The translations under genes and the position numbers were made by a program. Positions 38,014 through 47,954 of a DNA stretch of 47,954 nt are shown here, piece by piece (position 1 is the first letter of the stretch; every line of letters starts with the position of its first letter). Below the pieces are notes generated by a model. The model was not told the DNA's origin and searched no databases. It was given only the letters and a program-made list of their open reading frames with translations. The stretch is from Acutalibacteraceae bacterium (lineage in GTDB: Bacteria; Bacillota; Clostridia; Oscillospirales; Acutalibacteraceae). Where the stretch lies: assembly GCA_045654305.1 (NCBI GenBank), contig JAZONB010000033.1:1-47954 (forward strand), written 5' to 3'.

Positions 38014-40290
38014 ATGTTTAATGTAACGGGTTTTTTCAATGAAAATAGCGACGAATATACTCTAACTACCCCTAAATCACGCTCACTCTATAAAACATGT
38101 CTTATGAACAATAAGGGGTATGCATTTGCTCTCAATCAGTTTGGTATGGGTGAAACACTCTGCAAATTCGCATTTACAGAAAAAAATAATATCGTACAAA
38201 ACGGAAACCGTACAATATATCTTCGCGACGATGAAACTAATGACGTATGGTGCGTTGCAGGTTATCCTTATCGTAGTGATATTGAGGATTTTAAATGCAC
38301 ACACAAGCAGTCATGTTCCGTAATCTCCTCTGTGCATAATGGAATTAAAGTAAGCATTAGATTTTTTATTCCAAAGGATAAGCGTTGTGATATTCAGAGT
38401 GTGACGATAGAAAATTTGACGGATAAGGAACGCAAAATCTCCGTATTTCCTGTTGTACAGCTTGACCTTAGCGGATATTCTGCCCCTGAATGGTGTGATA
38501 CTCACGAGCAGTTTTATCTGACCGAGTTTAAGGAAGAACTTAATGGTGTTTACATAGACAGCAGAAATCCTTATACAGCGGGAAAGCCTTACAATTCATT
38601 TCTTTCCTCAACTACACCGATTCATGCATATAGTGCAGATGACCGTATCTTCTTTTGATGTCAGTATTCGCTTAGTATGCCTTATGCAATAGTTGATGGT
38701 GAGGACCTTGATTCAAAAAGCGTTGCAAGGGGTAAAACATTCTTTGCGCTTCAAACAAAAGTCAATCTTTTGCCGAAAAAAAGTTTTGTTACAGACTATA
38801 TACTTGGCGTGTGCGTTGACCTTGAAGGTGCTAAGGCGGAGCTTTCTGATATTGATTCACACGAAGTGGTTGAAGAGTTATACAAAGCTGCCGCTGAGGA
38901 GGATATTTTCCGTAGAAGTCAGATTATGATTGAAACCCCTCACGAAGAAACAAATTATCTCATTAATTACTGACTGAAACTTGGTCTTGAATATAATGTT
39001 CTCTGGCGCAGAGCACCCCGTGACAATCTGCAATTTGCACATGCCTCACTAACTTTTTTGCCCGATGCTGCAAAATATACTATCAAAAATGTAATGCGTC
39101 AGCAGTATAATGACGGACATCTTATTCGCCGCTGGACTCCTATTCTTGAAAGATGGTACGGTGATGCTCCCGCATGGCTTATTACGACAACTTGTGATTA
39201 TCTGAAATATACAGGTGATTACGGATTCTTAGATGAAGTTGTGGATTACTATGATTTTGGCAGTGGTACTGTATGGGAACATCTTTTAAAAGGACTTAAC
39301 AGACTTGACAGTGACCGTGGTCCTCACAATCTTCCTCTTTCACGATTTGCCGATTGGAATGATGCACTCACTACAGGAATCCGTGATGAAAATGCTGAAA
39401 GTGTATTTATCGCAATGCAACTGGCACTCTCTTTTCGTGAGATGGCAGAGCTTTCCACACAACTTGGCAAGAAAAATCTCTGTGAAGAATACACACAAAA
39501 ATATAGCGAGCTTTGCAACACAATTAATGAAACTGCATGGGATGATGAGGGATACTATATTCGTAGCTTTGTCGGTGGTAAGCCTGTTGGCTCAAGCAAA
39601 TGCGAAAAAGGTTCTAAAATATTTGTTAATCCTCAATCTTGGTCAATTTTTTCGGGCGTATGTCCGCCTGAAAGGATTCAGTCCGTTTTAGATGCAGTTG
39701 ATAAATATATTGATACCCCTGTTGGCTGCCGAGTTAACTATCCGGCATACTCTGAATATGACCCATTATTGGGTAGAATCAGTTCTCAGTATCCGGGTAC
39801 AAACGAAAATGGTGCTATTTACGCACACGCGACGAGCTTTAAAATATATGCCGATTGTCTGCTTGGTCTTGGTGACCGTGCTTTCAGAAGCTATTTGCAG
39901 TTGCTTCCGTCAAATCCTGACAACCCGATAGAGACTGCAGATGCACTTCCTTATACCCTGTCTAACTCTTGCTCAACAGCCGATGTCTGCTATGGTAAAA
40001 GTTCAAATAGTCCATGGACGACAGGTACACTTGCATGGCTCTTTAAATCTGTAACCGAAGGTATTCTCGGTGTAAGATATGCATATGGCGGTTTTAATGT
40101 AGCGCCTGCTTTCCCGTCATCTTGGGATAAGGCATCAATTACTATTAAAAGAAATGGTACAGACTATATATTCAAAATTGTAAATAACAATTCAAACTCG
40201 AAAAAGATATATGTCAATGATGAACTTATTGATGGAGATTTTGTTCCTTTTTCAAATGCTCAGACAGTTAATATTAAAATAGAACTTTAG
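38014..40290 (+). pseudogene. GH94-like glycoside phosphorylase (cellobiose/chitobiose-phosphorylase family) interrupted by two in-frame TGA codons
   Basis: The three track ORFs (38014-38658, 38677-38973, 39058-40290) are all in the same frame. TGA at 38656-38658 and 38971-38973 are the only interruptions. The C-terminal motif YPGTNENGAIYAHA...GLGDRAF is typical of the family. Confidence 0.75.
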
Positions 40291-40326
40291 AACACATCAA
40301 TAACTATCAAAGAACGTAAAAAATTC

Positions 40327-40366
40327 AGCCTCAGTTTCAAGTAAAAAACTGAGGCTCGTATTTTAT
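40327..40366 (+). terminator. Rho-independent terminator
   Basis: Stem agcctcagt/actgaggct followed by a T-rich tract. Confidence 0.7.
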
Positions 40367-40419
40367 AACTGTATTAATATCATTGTTAATTATAAATACC
40401 GCAGAAAGTAGTTTTCTGC

Positions 40420-40448
40420 TTGACAATTCACTTGTATATGGTATAATT
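40420..40448 (+). promoter_or_regulatory. Sigma-A type promoter of tRNA-Leu
   Basis: TTGACA at 40420-40425, a 17-nt spacer, TATAAT at 40443-40448. Confidence 0.6.
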
Positions 40449-40500
40449 ACAATTGCTCACTCGGGCGCGGCTGCCTGAAGAACAATTTAATATGTATTAT

Positions 40501-40587
40501 GCGGATATGGCGGAACTGGCAGACGCGCTAGATTCAGGTTCTAGTCGGGGCGACTCGGTGCAGGTTCGATTCCTGTTATCCGCACCA
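40501..40587 (+). tRNA. tRNA-Leu (anticodon CAG), CCA encoded
   Basis: Hand-folded cloverleaf: acceptor gcggata/tatccgc, anticodon stem ctaga/tctag with loop ttCAGgt, a long variable arm, T-arm gcagg-ttcgatt-cctgt, and a 3' ACCA. Confidence 0.9.
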
Positions 40588-40590
40588 TCA

Positions 40591-40636
40591 AGAGCTTCGA
40601 CACGTGAATTGCGTGCTGAGGCTTTTTCGTTTTATA
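40591..40636 (+). terminator. Rho-independent terminator after tRNA-Leu
   Basis: Imperfect stem agcttcgacacg/cgtgctgaggct followed by tttttcgtttt. Confidence 0.6.
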
Positions 40637-40716
40637 TTGCAAATTACGTGTAAATGAGATATAATAACAAAAATGGCTTTTAAAATAATCATTGTGTTTT
40701 AAAAAGGAGAAAATTT

Positions 40717-41334
40717 ATGGAAATACAATTACAAGAGCTGATTGACCAAATAAAAAAGGACGGTGTGGAGGCTGCCGAAAGTGAGGCAGACTCGATAATT
40801 GCTGCCGCAAAATCGCAAGCTGAGAAAATCGTTTCAGAAGCTCAGTCACAAGCCGATAAAATTTTGCTCGATGCAAAAAACGAGAATGACCGTATTGTTA
40901 AATCAAGCGAGGATGCTATCCGACAAGCCGGAAGAAATTTGCTAATTTCTTTTAGAGAGAGCGTTTCGAGAGAATTAAAAGTAATTTTAAATGATAATGT
41001 AAACTCTGTGTTTTCTTCTGATAAATTTTCGCAAATTATTATAAATGTAGTTGAGTCTTGGGTAGGCAAACCTAATGCTGAGGATGTTTCGGTTCTTCTT
41101 AATTCTCAAGATTTAAAATTGCTTGAAGAAAATTTGCTTTCGGCTTTGAAAGAAAAAATGATTAAGGGCGTTACCCTTAAACCTGACGATAATTTTGACG
41201 GTGGTTTCCGTATTGCCTCTGATAATGGCAGTGCCTATTACGATTATTCTTCCGAGGAAGTTGTTGAACTTCTCTCTAACTACCTAAGCCCTAAGGTTAC
41301 TGCACTTTTGAAAGAGGCACAAAGTCATGTCTGA
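40717..41334 (+). CDS. ntpE: V-type ATP synthase subunit E
   Basis: 205 aa. The N-terminus is a long charged helix (AEKIVSEAQSQADKILLDAK). It is the first gene of the V-ATPase operon. Confidence 0.85.
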   Translation: MEIQLQELIDQIKKDGVEAAESEADSIIAAAKSQAEKIVSEAQSQADKILLDAKNENDRIVKSSEDAIRQAGRNLLISFRESVSRELKVILNDNVNSVFSSDKFSQIIINVVESWVGKPNAEDVSVLLNSQDLKLLEENLLSALKEKMIKGVTLKPDDNFDGGFRIASDNGSAYYDYSSEEVVELLSNYLSPKVTALLKEAQSHV

Positions 41335-41881
41335 GTATTATCTTATATCACAGTTACCATCTTTGGATGGCATTGGCGAAAATGTGCCAATACCAATTAC
41401 AGAGGAACGCTTTTTAGAACTTTGCAATAGATTTTTAAACAAGAAAACTTTATATGAGTTAAATAAATTATCCCTGATTCCTACAAAAACTCATGAAAAA
41501 TCAAACTCCAGTTTAATTGAATGTTGGAATGAGGGAGAACGAAATTTACGCCTTGCATTGGGTGAGCTTCGTGCTGATAAAATGAATAAAACTTTTGAAA
41601 AGGATAATGTTTCTTTGCCTATTTCTCTTGTTACTGTCGCACGTTCTGCAGTTGAAATCGAAAATCCAATGGAAGCCGAAAAATTCTTAAATTCATATCG
41701 CTTGGATTTTTTAGAAACCTTAAGACCTATGGATACTTTTTCTGAGGATATGATATTTTATTATTGGCTGAAACTCAAACTCCTTTTGAGGATAAAATTA
41801 TTTAATGCGGAAGATGGCGAATCTGCATATAAGCACATTTATAATTCAATTTTAAACGGAACGAATATGGAGGCTTTATAA
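41327..41881 (+). CDS. DUF2764 protein (V-ATPase operon-associated, subunit C-like position)
   Basis: The N-terminus YYLISQLPSL is typical of DUF2764, and the gene sits in the conserved slot between E and A. Confidence 0.7.
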   Translation: MSEYYLISQLPSLDGIGENVPIPITEERFLELCNRFLNKKTLYELNKLSLIPTKTHEKSNSSLIECWNEGERNLRLALGELRADKMNKTFEKDNVSLPISLVTVARSAVEIENPMEAEKFLNSYRLDFLETLRPMDTFSEDMIFYYWLKLKLLLRIKLFNAEDGESAYKHIYNSILNGTNMEAL

Positions 41882-43650
41882 TGACCGAAAATATTGGAAA
41901 GGTAATAAGTATTAACGGAAACTTAGTATCTGTCGAGTTTTTTGGCAACGTTTCTATGAACGAAATTTGTTATGTGAAGGTTGGCAACGCAAAGCTCAAG
42001 AGTGAAGTTATCCGTATTAGAGGAAATATAGCTCAGGTTCAGGTATACGAAATGACCGGTGGCATAAAATGCGGAGATGTTGTCGAATTTACCGGAGATA
42101 TGCTTTCTGCTATGCTAGGCCCCGGTTTGCTTGGACAAATTTATGACGGACTTCAAAATCCCTTGCCGATTTTGGCTGAACAAGCAGGCTGGTTTTTAGA
42201 GCGTGGGGTTTACGCAGATGGATTGGATACCGAGAAAAAATGGGAGTTCACTCCAACCGTAAAAGTCGGTGATACTTTGCGCGCAGGAGAATATTTCGGT
42301 ACTGTACCCGAAGGAGCTTTTACACATAAAATATTAGTTCCTTTTTATTTGCTTGGCAGTTATACCGTGAAATCTATTGCGGATAAAGGAGAGTACACTG
42401 TAACCGAAAACATCGCAGTAATCACAGATGAGCGTGGACGTGAAATATCTCTTTCTATGTCGTTCAAATGGCCCGTTAAACGTGCAATAAGGTGTTATAG
42501 CGAAAGATTAGCACCGACTGAAACGATGGAAACAAAAGTGCGCTTAATTGACTCATTCTTTCCTGTAGCAAAAGGTGGAACTTACTGTACACCGGGACCT
42601 TTCGGCGCAGGTAAAACCGTATTACAACACACCACATCTAAATATGCAGACGTAGATATTGTTATCATTGCGGCTTGCGGAGAGCGTGCGGGTGAGGTTG
42701 TTGAAACACTAACCGAATTCCCCGAACTTACTGACCCTAAAACAGGACGTTCTCTTATGGAACGAACTATTATTATTTGTAACACCTCATCTATGCCCGT
42801 TGCTTCTCGTGAGGCATCGGTTTACACTTCTGTAACACTTGCTGAATATTACAGACAGATGGGACTGAATGTCTTGCTACTGGCCGACTCCACATCTCGT
42901 TGGGCACAGGCTCTCAGAGAAATGTCAGGACGACTTGAAGAAATACCAGGTGAGGAAGCATTTCCCGCTTACTTGGAATCATATATAGCAGCATTCTATG
43001 AAAGGGCAGGCTGTGTTCGTTTAGCTGACGGAAGTGTCGGTTCGGTTACTATTGGCGGTACTGTTTCTCCTGCGGGCGGTAACTTTGAAGAACCAGTGAC
43101 TCAGGCCACATTGAAGGTTGTTGGTGCTTTCCACGGATTGTCACGTGAACGCTCGGATGCAAGAAAATATCCTGCTATTGACCCTCTGATTTCTTGGTCG
43201 AAATATAAGAGTGTTATTGATACCGAAAAATCTGATTTTTGCAAAAATATCATTCATCAAGGCGATGAAATTGGCTCAATGATGAAGGTTGTAGGTGAGG
43301 ACGGCACAAGTCTTTCGGATTATACAACCTATTTAAAGCAAGAAATGCTTGATGCGGTTTATCTGCAACAAAATTCATTTGATTTAGTTGAGGCGAATTG
43401 CGGCATTGAACGTCAGCGTTATGTGACAGACAAGTTAATATATGTTTTAGGCAGTGATTACGAACTTGACAACAAGGATAACGCAAGAACGTTTTTTAAT
43501 AGATTGAGACAAAAATTTATCGACTGGAATTACACCGAATTTGAAAGTGATGATTTCAAGAAGGTTGAATCCGAAATTGATGCAATGTACCAAGCAAACA
43601 AAGGTAAAATTAGCCACGAAACACAAATTTTGCTAAAGGACGGTGAGTAA
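41881..43650 (+). CDS. ntpA: V-type ATP synthase catalytic subunit A
   Basis: Walker A GPFGAGKT and the non-homologous insert typical of A subunits. Length is 589 aa. Confidence 0.95.
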   Translation: MTENIGKVISINGNLVSVEFFGNVSMNEICYVKVGNAKLKSEVIRIRGNIAQVQVYEMTGGIKCGDVVEFTGDMLSAMLGPGLLGQIYDGLQNPLPILAEQAGWFLERGVYADGLDTEKKWEFTPTVKVGDTLRAGEYFGTVPEGAFTHKILVPFYLLGSYTVKSIADKGEYTVTENIAVITDERGREISLSMSFKWPVKRAIRCYSERLAPTETMETKVRLIDSFFPVAKGGTYCTPGPFGAGKTVLQHTTSKYADVDIVIIAACGERAGEVVETLTEFPELTDPKTGRSLMERTIIICNTSSMPVASREASVYTSVTLAEYYRQMGLNVLLLADSTSRWAQALREMSGRLEEIPGEEAFPAYLESYIAAFYERAGCVRLADGSVGSVTIGGTVSPAGGNFEEPVTQATLKVVGAFHGLSRERSDARKYPAIDPLISWSKYKSVIDTEKSDFCKNIIHQGDEIGSMMKVVGEDGTSLSDYTTYLKQEMLDAVYLQQNSFDLVEANCGIERQRYVTDKLIYVLGSDYELDNKDNARTFFNRLRQKFIDWNYTEFESDDFKKVESEIDAMYQANKGKISHETQILLKDGE

Positions 43651-43652
43651 GA

Positions 43653-44948
43653 ATGAATAAAGTATTTAACCGAATTGAATCTATCACCGGAAGCGTTATT
43701 ACTGTTAGAGCTAATGATGTGTTTTATAATGAATTGGCACAGATAAATACACGATTCGGCAAATCCCTTGCACAGGTTAACAAAATTGATGGAGATATTG
43801 TTTCCCTCCAAGTTTTTGCGGGCGGTCAGGGCGTATCTACAGGCGACGAGGTGCGTTTTTTGGGTCGTGAAATGCGAGTGTCTTTTAGTGAAGACGTATT
43901 AGGACGTATTTTTGATGGCTCGGGCGAACCTCGTGATAAAGGTCCGAAGCTTACCGATAATATGAAAGCTATAGGAGGTCCATCTGTAAACCCGACTAAA
44001 AGAATTCTTGCTAACCGAATGATGAGAACAAATATACCAATGATTGATATGTTCAATACATTGGTAGTTTCTCAAAAACTTCCGATTTTTTCAATATCTG
44101 GTGAGCCATATAACCAGCTTCTTGCTCGTATTGCTATGCAGGCCGAAGCTGATGTTATCGTACTTGGTGGTATGGGACTTAAGTATGATGATTTCCTTTA
44201 TTTTAAGGAAGAACTTTCAAACGGAGGCGCTTTGAGTAAAACGGTTATGTTTATCCATACAGCTTCTGACCCTACAGTTGAATGTATGATGATTCCTGAT
44301 ATGTCTTTGGCAGTTGCAGAGCAGTTCGCTTTACAAAACAAAGATGTTTTGGTACTGCTGACTGATATGACTAACTTTGCTGATGCTATGAAAGAAATTG
44401 CTATTACTCAGGAACAGGTCCCTTCTAACCGCGGTTATCCCGGTGACCTTTATTCACAGTTAGCAGCCCGTTATGAAAAGGCTGTTGACTTTGCTAATTC
44501 CGGTTCGGTTACTGTTTTGGCAGTGACAACAATGCCCGGCGACGATGTAACTCACCCTGTACCGGATAATACCGGTTATATAACTGAGGGACAGTATTAC
44601 CTAAAAGGCGGTCGTATTGAGCCGTTTGGTTCGCTTTCGCGTCTTAAACAAAATGTGAACGGCAAGACAAGAAAAGACCACAGAGCGTTGATGGACGCTA
44701 TGATTCGTATGTATTCTTCCTATAAAGAGACCTTAGAAAAAAAGAATATGGGCTTTTCTATGAGCCGTTGGGATGAAAAATTGCTAAAATACGGCGAACA
44801 ATTTGAAAAGAAACTTATGGATTTGTCGGTTAATTTGTCACTTGAGGATGCACTAGACCTGGGTTGGGAGATATTAGCCGATTGTTTCGAAAAAGATGAA
44901 ACCGGAATTAAGTCAGAGCTTACTGATGAATTTTGGCCTAAAAGGTAA
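43653..44948 (+). CDS. ntpB: V-type ATP synthase subunit B
   Basis: 431 aa. Motifs [11 protein letters not shown] and [11 protein letters not shown]. Confidence 0.95.
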   Translation: MNKVFNRIESITGSVITVRANDVFYNELAQINTRFGKSLAQVNKIDGDIVSLQVFAGGQGVSTGDEVRFLGREMRVSFSEDVLGRIFDGSGEPRDKGPKLTDNMKAIGGPSVNPTKRILANRMMRTNIPMIDMFNTLVVSQKLPIFSISGEPYNQLLARIAMQAEADVIVLGGMGLKYDDFLYFKEELSNGGALSKTVMFIHTASDPTVECMMIPDMSLAVAEQFALQNKDVLVLLTDMTNFADAMKEIAITQEQVPSNRGYPGDLYSQLAARYEKAVDFANSGSVTVLAVTTMPGDDVTHPVPDNTGYITEGQYYLKGGRIEPFGSLSRLKQNVNGKTRKDHRALMDAMIRMYSSYKETLEKKNMGFSMSRWDEKLLKYGEQFEKKLMDLSVNLSLEDALDLGWEILADCFEKDETGIKSELTDEFWPKR

Positions 44949-44962
44949 GGAGGATTCTGGTT

Positions 44963-45595
44963 TTGGCAAAAATCAAATTAACTAAAAATGAGTTAAAGGT
45001 GCAAAAGGATGCCCTCAAAATGTACCGGAGATATTTGCCTACTCTAACACTAAAAAAGCAACAACTCCAAACCGAAATCCGCTCAATTGAGGCAAAAGCT
45101 ATTTCGATTAGAAAAGAAAAGCAAGAACTCGAAAATGGATTTTCTGCTTGGATTGCTGTTTTCAGCGAAAATGGTGTTTTCCCGAAAGATATAATTACTG
45201 TCACTAATATTCAAAAAGGTACTGAAAATATTGCAGGTGTTGATATTCCTACCTTCATAAATGCGGATTTCCAACGTGGTGACTATGATTTATATGAAAC
45301 ACCTCTTTGGGTTGATATAGCTGCTAACCATATGGAAAAAGCAATATCACTCGACCTTCAGGCTGAAGTGTTAGATGAACAGGTTAGACTCTTAGAAGTT
45401 GAGTTACTTGCCACATCTCAAAGGGTAAATCTGTTTGAAAAGGTTAAAATTCCTGAAACTCAAAAAAATATCAAAAAGATTTCAATTTATATGGCAGACC
45501 AACAGGTTAGTGCTGTTGTCCGTTCAAAAATTTCTAAGAGAAAAATTGCTCTTCGGAACGAATCAACTTCTCAAGAGGAGGTGTATTCGTTATGA
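44963..45595 (+). CDS. ntpD: V-type ATP synthase subunit D
   Basis: TTG start behind AAGGAGG. The N-terminus is KLTKNELKVQKDALKMYRRYLPTL. Confidence 0.88.
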   Translation: MAKIKLTKNELKVQKDALKMYRRYLPTLTLKKQQLQTEIRSIEAKAISIRKEKQELENGFSAWIAVFSENGVFPKDIITVTNIQKGTENIAGVDIPTFINADFQRGDYDLYETPLWVDIAANHMEKAISLDLQAEVLDEQVRLLEVELLATSQRVNLFEKVKIPETQKNIKKISIYMADQQVSAVVRSKISKRKIALRNESTSQEEVYSL

Positions 45596-47505
45596 TAGTG
45601 CCAATGAAAAAGGTTTCTCTTATAATTATGGGAGATGAAAAATCCGAAACTCTTAAAAAACTTCGAAAATTGGGTATTCTTCATATTGAGATAACCGAAG
45701 GCTCAAGCGAAAGAATCAACGAGCTTAACGATGAAATTTCTTTACTTGAAAGTGCGCTTTACAGTATCGGCAAAAATAAAGATGGCAATAGTGAAATAAT
45801 TCCTCCTACAGAAGCAGTTTCTTTGGCAAAGGAAATAAATTGTTTGACCGAGGAAAAGAAATCTTGTCAGGCCGAGTTGATTTCGTTGAATTCAGAACTT
45901 GAACGGTTAAAAAGTTGGGGGAATATCAATCCGAAAATTATTGATGATATTGCCGAAAAAGGTGTAGAAATTCAACTTTATGACATGCCGAAATCGGAAT
46001 ATGATAAGTTGGACGACTCAATCAAGACGCTATGCATTGATAAAACCAAATTATCGGTTAAGTTTTTAGTTTTAAAGTCTGATTATGAGAATGAAAATGA
46101 TTTAATTGACTCTATAAAGTCGTATCAATTTAAGTTGCCCGAAATCTCAACTGAAGAAATCAAGCTAAATATTCTTAATTTGCAAAGCCAAATAGAAAAT
46201 ATTGATGATAAAATTCTTTCATTTGCGGTATACACCGACAGTATAAAGAAAGCTGTCAATACCATTGAGAAAGAAATTGAGTTTGAGGTTTATGCTAACG
46301 GTATGCATAACGAGAGTTTATCATCTGATGAAAGCCACCCAGTTTCGGTTTCATATTTCAAAGGATTTATTGAGGCTGAAAGAATTGATGCTTTAAAGCA
46401 GGTTGCCAAAAAGAATTCTTGGGGTTTGCTAGTGGAAGAGCCTACCGAAGAAGACAATGTACCGACCAAGCTTAAAAACAATAAATTTGTAAGTCTCATA
46501 TATCCGCTAACCGATTTCTTAGGTACTGTACCGGGATATTTCGAATATGACATTTCAGGTTGGTTTTTAGCCTTCATTCTAATATTTTTTGGAATTATTT
46601 TCGGTGATGGGGGATATGGACTACTGATTTGTGCGGTAGCTTTAATCCCGATATTAAAATCTATAATATCTAAAAATAAGGTTTCGCCAATGTTTTTACT
46701 TGTAGGGCTGTTTGGGTTATCAACTGTTTTATGGGGAACGCTTACCTGCACGTGGTTTGGTCTTTCACCTGATATGTTACCGAATTGGCTCAAGGCATTA
46801 TCGGTACCTGTAATTTCTAATGTCTATGCTGACAAAATATGGTATCCATTTTGGACGAATGGCGCAGCGGGACTTACAACGGCGCAGAATTTACAAATTT
46901 TTTGTTTCACCTTAGCGCTTATTCAATTAACGGTTGCCCATATTAAGGGTGTATTCAGAAACAGAAAATCACTAAAACTTCTTGGCGATATTGGTTCGGT
47001 TTTGCAACTTATAGGAATTTATTATATTGTGATGAGCCTTGTTGTAAATGCCGAAGTTTTCAGTTTTAGTCTTGTGATAGGCGGAATTCCTATAGGCACT
47101 GCAGCTATTGCTTTGATAGGAATAGGGTTTATATTAAGTTTTATATTTGCGAATTATGAGGGAAGCGTTATAAAATCAATACTTTCAAGTCTTACTAATA
47201 TCGTTTCTGTTTTGCTTGGTGTTGTTAACGTATTTTCTGACATAGTTTCTTATATCAGACTTTGGGCTGTAGGTTTAGCGGGCGCCGCAATATCGGCTAC
47301 TGTGAACGAACTTGCAGGACCGTTTTTTGGGAATTTTTTGTTTATGATAGTCGCAATTATTTTGTTAGTATTCGGTCACGGAATAAACATGATATTAAAT
47401 GTTTTATCGGTAATTGTTCATGGAATCCGACTGAACACATTGGAATTTTCATCTCATTTGGATATGTCTTGGAGTGGACATAAATTTAAACCTTTCGAAG
47501 AATAA
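45592..47505 (+). CDS. ntpI: V-type ATP synthase subunit I (a-subunit)
   Basis: 637 aa with a cytoplasmic coiled N-terminal half and a multi-TM C-terminal half containing the conserved SYIRLWAVGLAG arginine motif. Confidence 0.92.
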   Translation: MIVPMKKVSLIIMGDEKSETLKKLRKLGILHIEITEGSSERINELNDEISLLESALYSIGKNKDGNSEIIPPTEAVSLAKEINCLTEEKKSCQAELISLNSELERLKSWGNINPKIIDDIAEKGVEIQLYDMPKSEYDKLDDSIKTLCIDKTKLSVKFLVLKSDYENENDLIDSIKSYQFKLPEISTEEIKLNILNLQSQIENIDDKILSFAVYTDSIKKAVNTIEKEIEFEVYANGMHNESLSSDESHPVSVSYFKGFIEAERIDALKQVAKKNSWGLLVEEPTEEDNVPTKLKNNKFVSLIYPLTDFLGTVPGYFEYDISGWFLAFILIFFGIIFGDGGYGLLICAVALIPILKSIISKNKVSPMFLLVGLFGLSTVLWGTLTCTWFGLSPDMLPNWLKALSVPVISNVYADKIWYPFWTNGAAGLTTAQNLQIFCFTLALIQLTVAHIKGVFRNRKSLKLLGDIGSVLQLIGIYYIVMSLVVNAEVFSFSLVIGGIPIGTAAIALIGIGFILSFIFANYEGSVIKSILSSLTNIVSVLLGVVNVFSDIVSYIRLWAVGLAGAAISATVNELAGPFFGNFLFMIVAIILLVFGHGINMILNVLSVIVHGIRLNTLEFSSHLDMSWSGHKFKPFEE

Positions 47506-47528
47506 ATTGAATTAAAAGGAGAATAAAT

Positions 47529-47954
47529 ATGAATTTAGCATCATTAGGAACAGCGTTAGTAATGGGAATTGCCGCAATCGGTTCGGCAATCGGTATTGGT
47601 ATTGCGGGTCAGGCGGCTATAGGAGCTTGGAAAAAATGTTACGTGAGCAACAAGGCAGCTCCGTTCATTCTTACTGTTTTTGCCGGTGCACCCCTTACAC
47701 AAACAATTTACGGTTTTCTCTTAATGCAACAAATGAAAACCTCAAACGCTGACCCAACATTTTTGTTCTGTATCGGAATTATTTCCGGTCTTGCTATGGC
47801 AGTTTCTGCTTACGTTCAAGGAAAAGCTGGTGCCGCAGGTGCAGATGCGTTAGCTGAAACCGGAAAAGGTTTCTCGCAATATATTACAGTTGTAGGTCTT
47901 TGCGAAACGGTAGCGCTCTTTGCGTTAGTATTTAGTATGGTAGCGCTCGGATAA
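47529..47954 (+). CDS. ntpK: V-type ATP synthase proteolipid subunit K (double-hairpin c subunit)
   Basis: 141 aa with four TM helices. NtpK-like residues are present: PLTQTIYGF, YVQGK, LCETVALF. The stop TAA is the last codon in the window. Confidence 0.92.
   Translation: MNLASLGTALVMGIAAIGSAIGIGIAGQAAIGAWKKCYVSNKAAPFILTVFAGAPLTQTIYGFLLMQQMKTSNADPTFLFCIGIISGLAMAVSAYVQGKAGAAGADALAETGKGFSQYITVVGLCETVALFALVFSMVALG

Noticed and set aside
38656-38973. Possibility that TGA is a sense codon genome-wide (code 4 or 25), given in-frame TGAs in the phosphorylase gene and in orphan spoVAC copy b
   Set aside because: All long conserved genes here (clpC, ftsH, dnaB, rnj, glnN, ntpA, ntpI) are uninterrupted under the standard code and encode Trp as TGG. 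TGA also ends several genes at ATGA-type overlaps. In spoVAC copy b, the TGA aligns with Phe in the other two copies, which indicates decay rather than recoding.
40453-40653. 66-aa ORF spanning the tRNA-Leu gene
   Set aside because: The sequence folds into a canonical tRNA cloverleaf, so the ORF is an artefact.
1-47954. CRISPR arrays, IS elements/transposases, integrases, prophage structural genes, rRNA
   Set aside because: None was seen on either strand. There are no regularly spaced direct repeats, and no ORF has recombinase or transposase hallmarks.

Overview
This is about 48 kb of chromosome from a low-GC, spore-forming Firmicute; the gene content looks Clostridia-like and standard code 11 fits. 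Most of it is housekeeping. In order: the ligA 3' end; an FMN riboswitch with a riboflavin-type ECF S-component; tandem glutamine synthetases (type III then type I); RNase P RNA; the ctsR-mcsA-mcsB-clpC stress operon with CtsR boxes; a sugar-transferase cluster; an Lrp/aminotransferase pair; ppa; an amino-acid ABC operon; DUF4363/DUF421; YitT; malic enzyme; spoVAC; birA; a CNNM/CorC-type transporter; mazF; a truncated asnB-like gene; ftsH-hpt-tilS-dnaB-rplI-rnj; a disrupted GH94-like phosphorylase gene; tRNA-Leu(CAG); and a seven-gene V-type ATPase operon (E, DUF2764, A, B, D, I, K). The only clearly accessory stretch is about 21.9-25.0 kb. There, three diverged copies of the spoVAC 3' end (one on the intact gene, two orphaned) lie in tandem and bracket two small self-contained cargo modules: an FAD-oxidoreductase gene, and an XRE regulator with a divergent membrane protein and a 139-aa unknown. 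Neither module has a recombinase. I read this as the scar of serial insertion at the spoVAC 3' end, and it is the best candidate for something undescribed. Other oddities: a mazF toxin with no recognisable antitoxin; an AsnB homologue with no N-terminal glutaminase nucleophile; a 2.3-kb phosphorylase frame broken only by two TGA codons; and a roughly 210-nt unexplained leader before the CNNM gene. I saw no CRISPR array, IS element, integrase or rRNA. All family assignments come from motif recognition by eye, not from searches.
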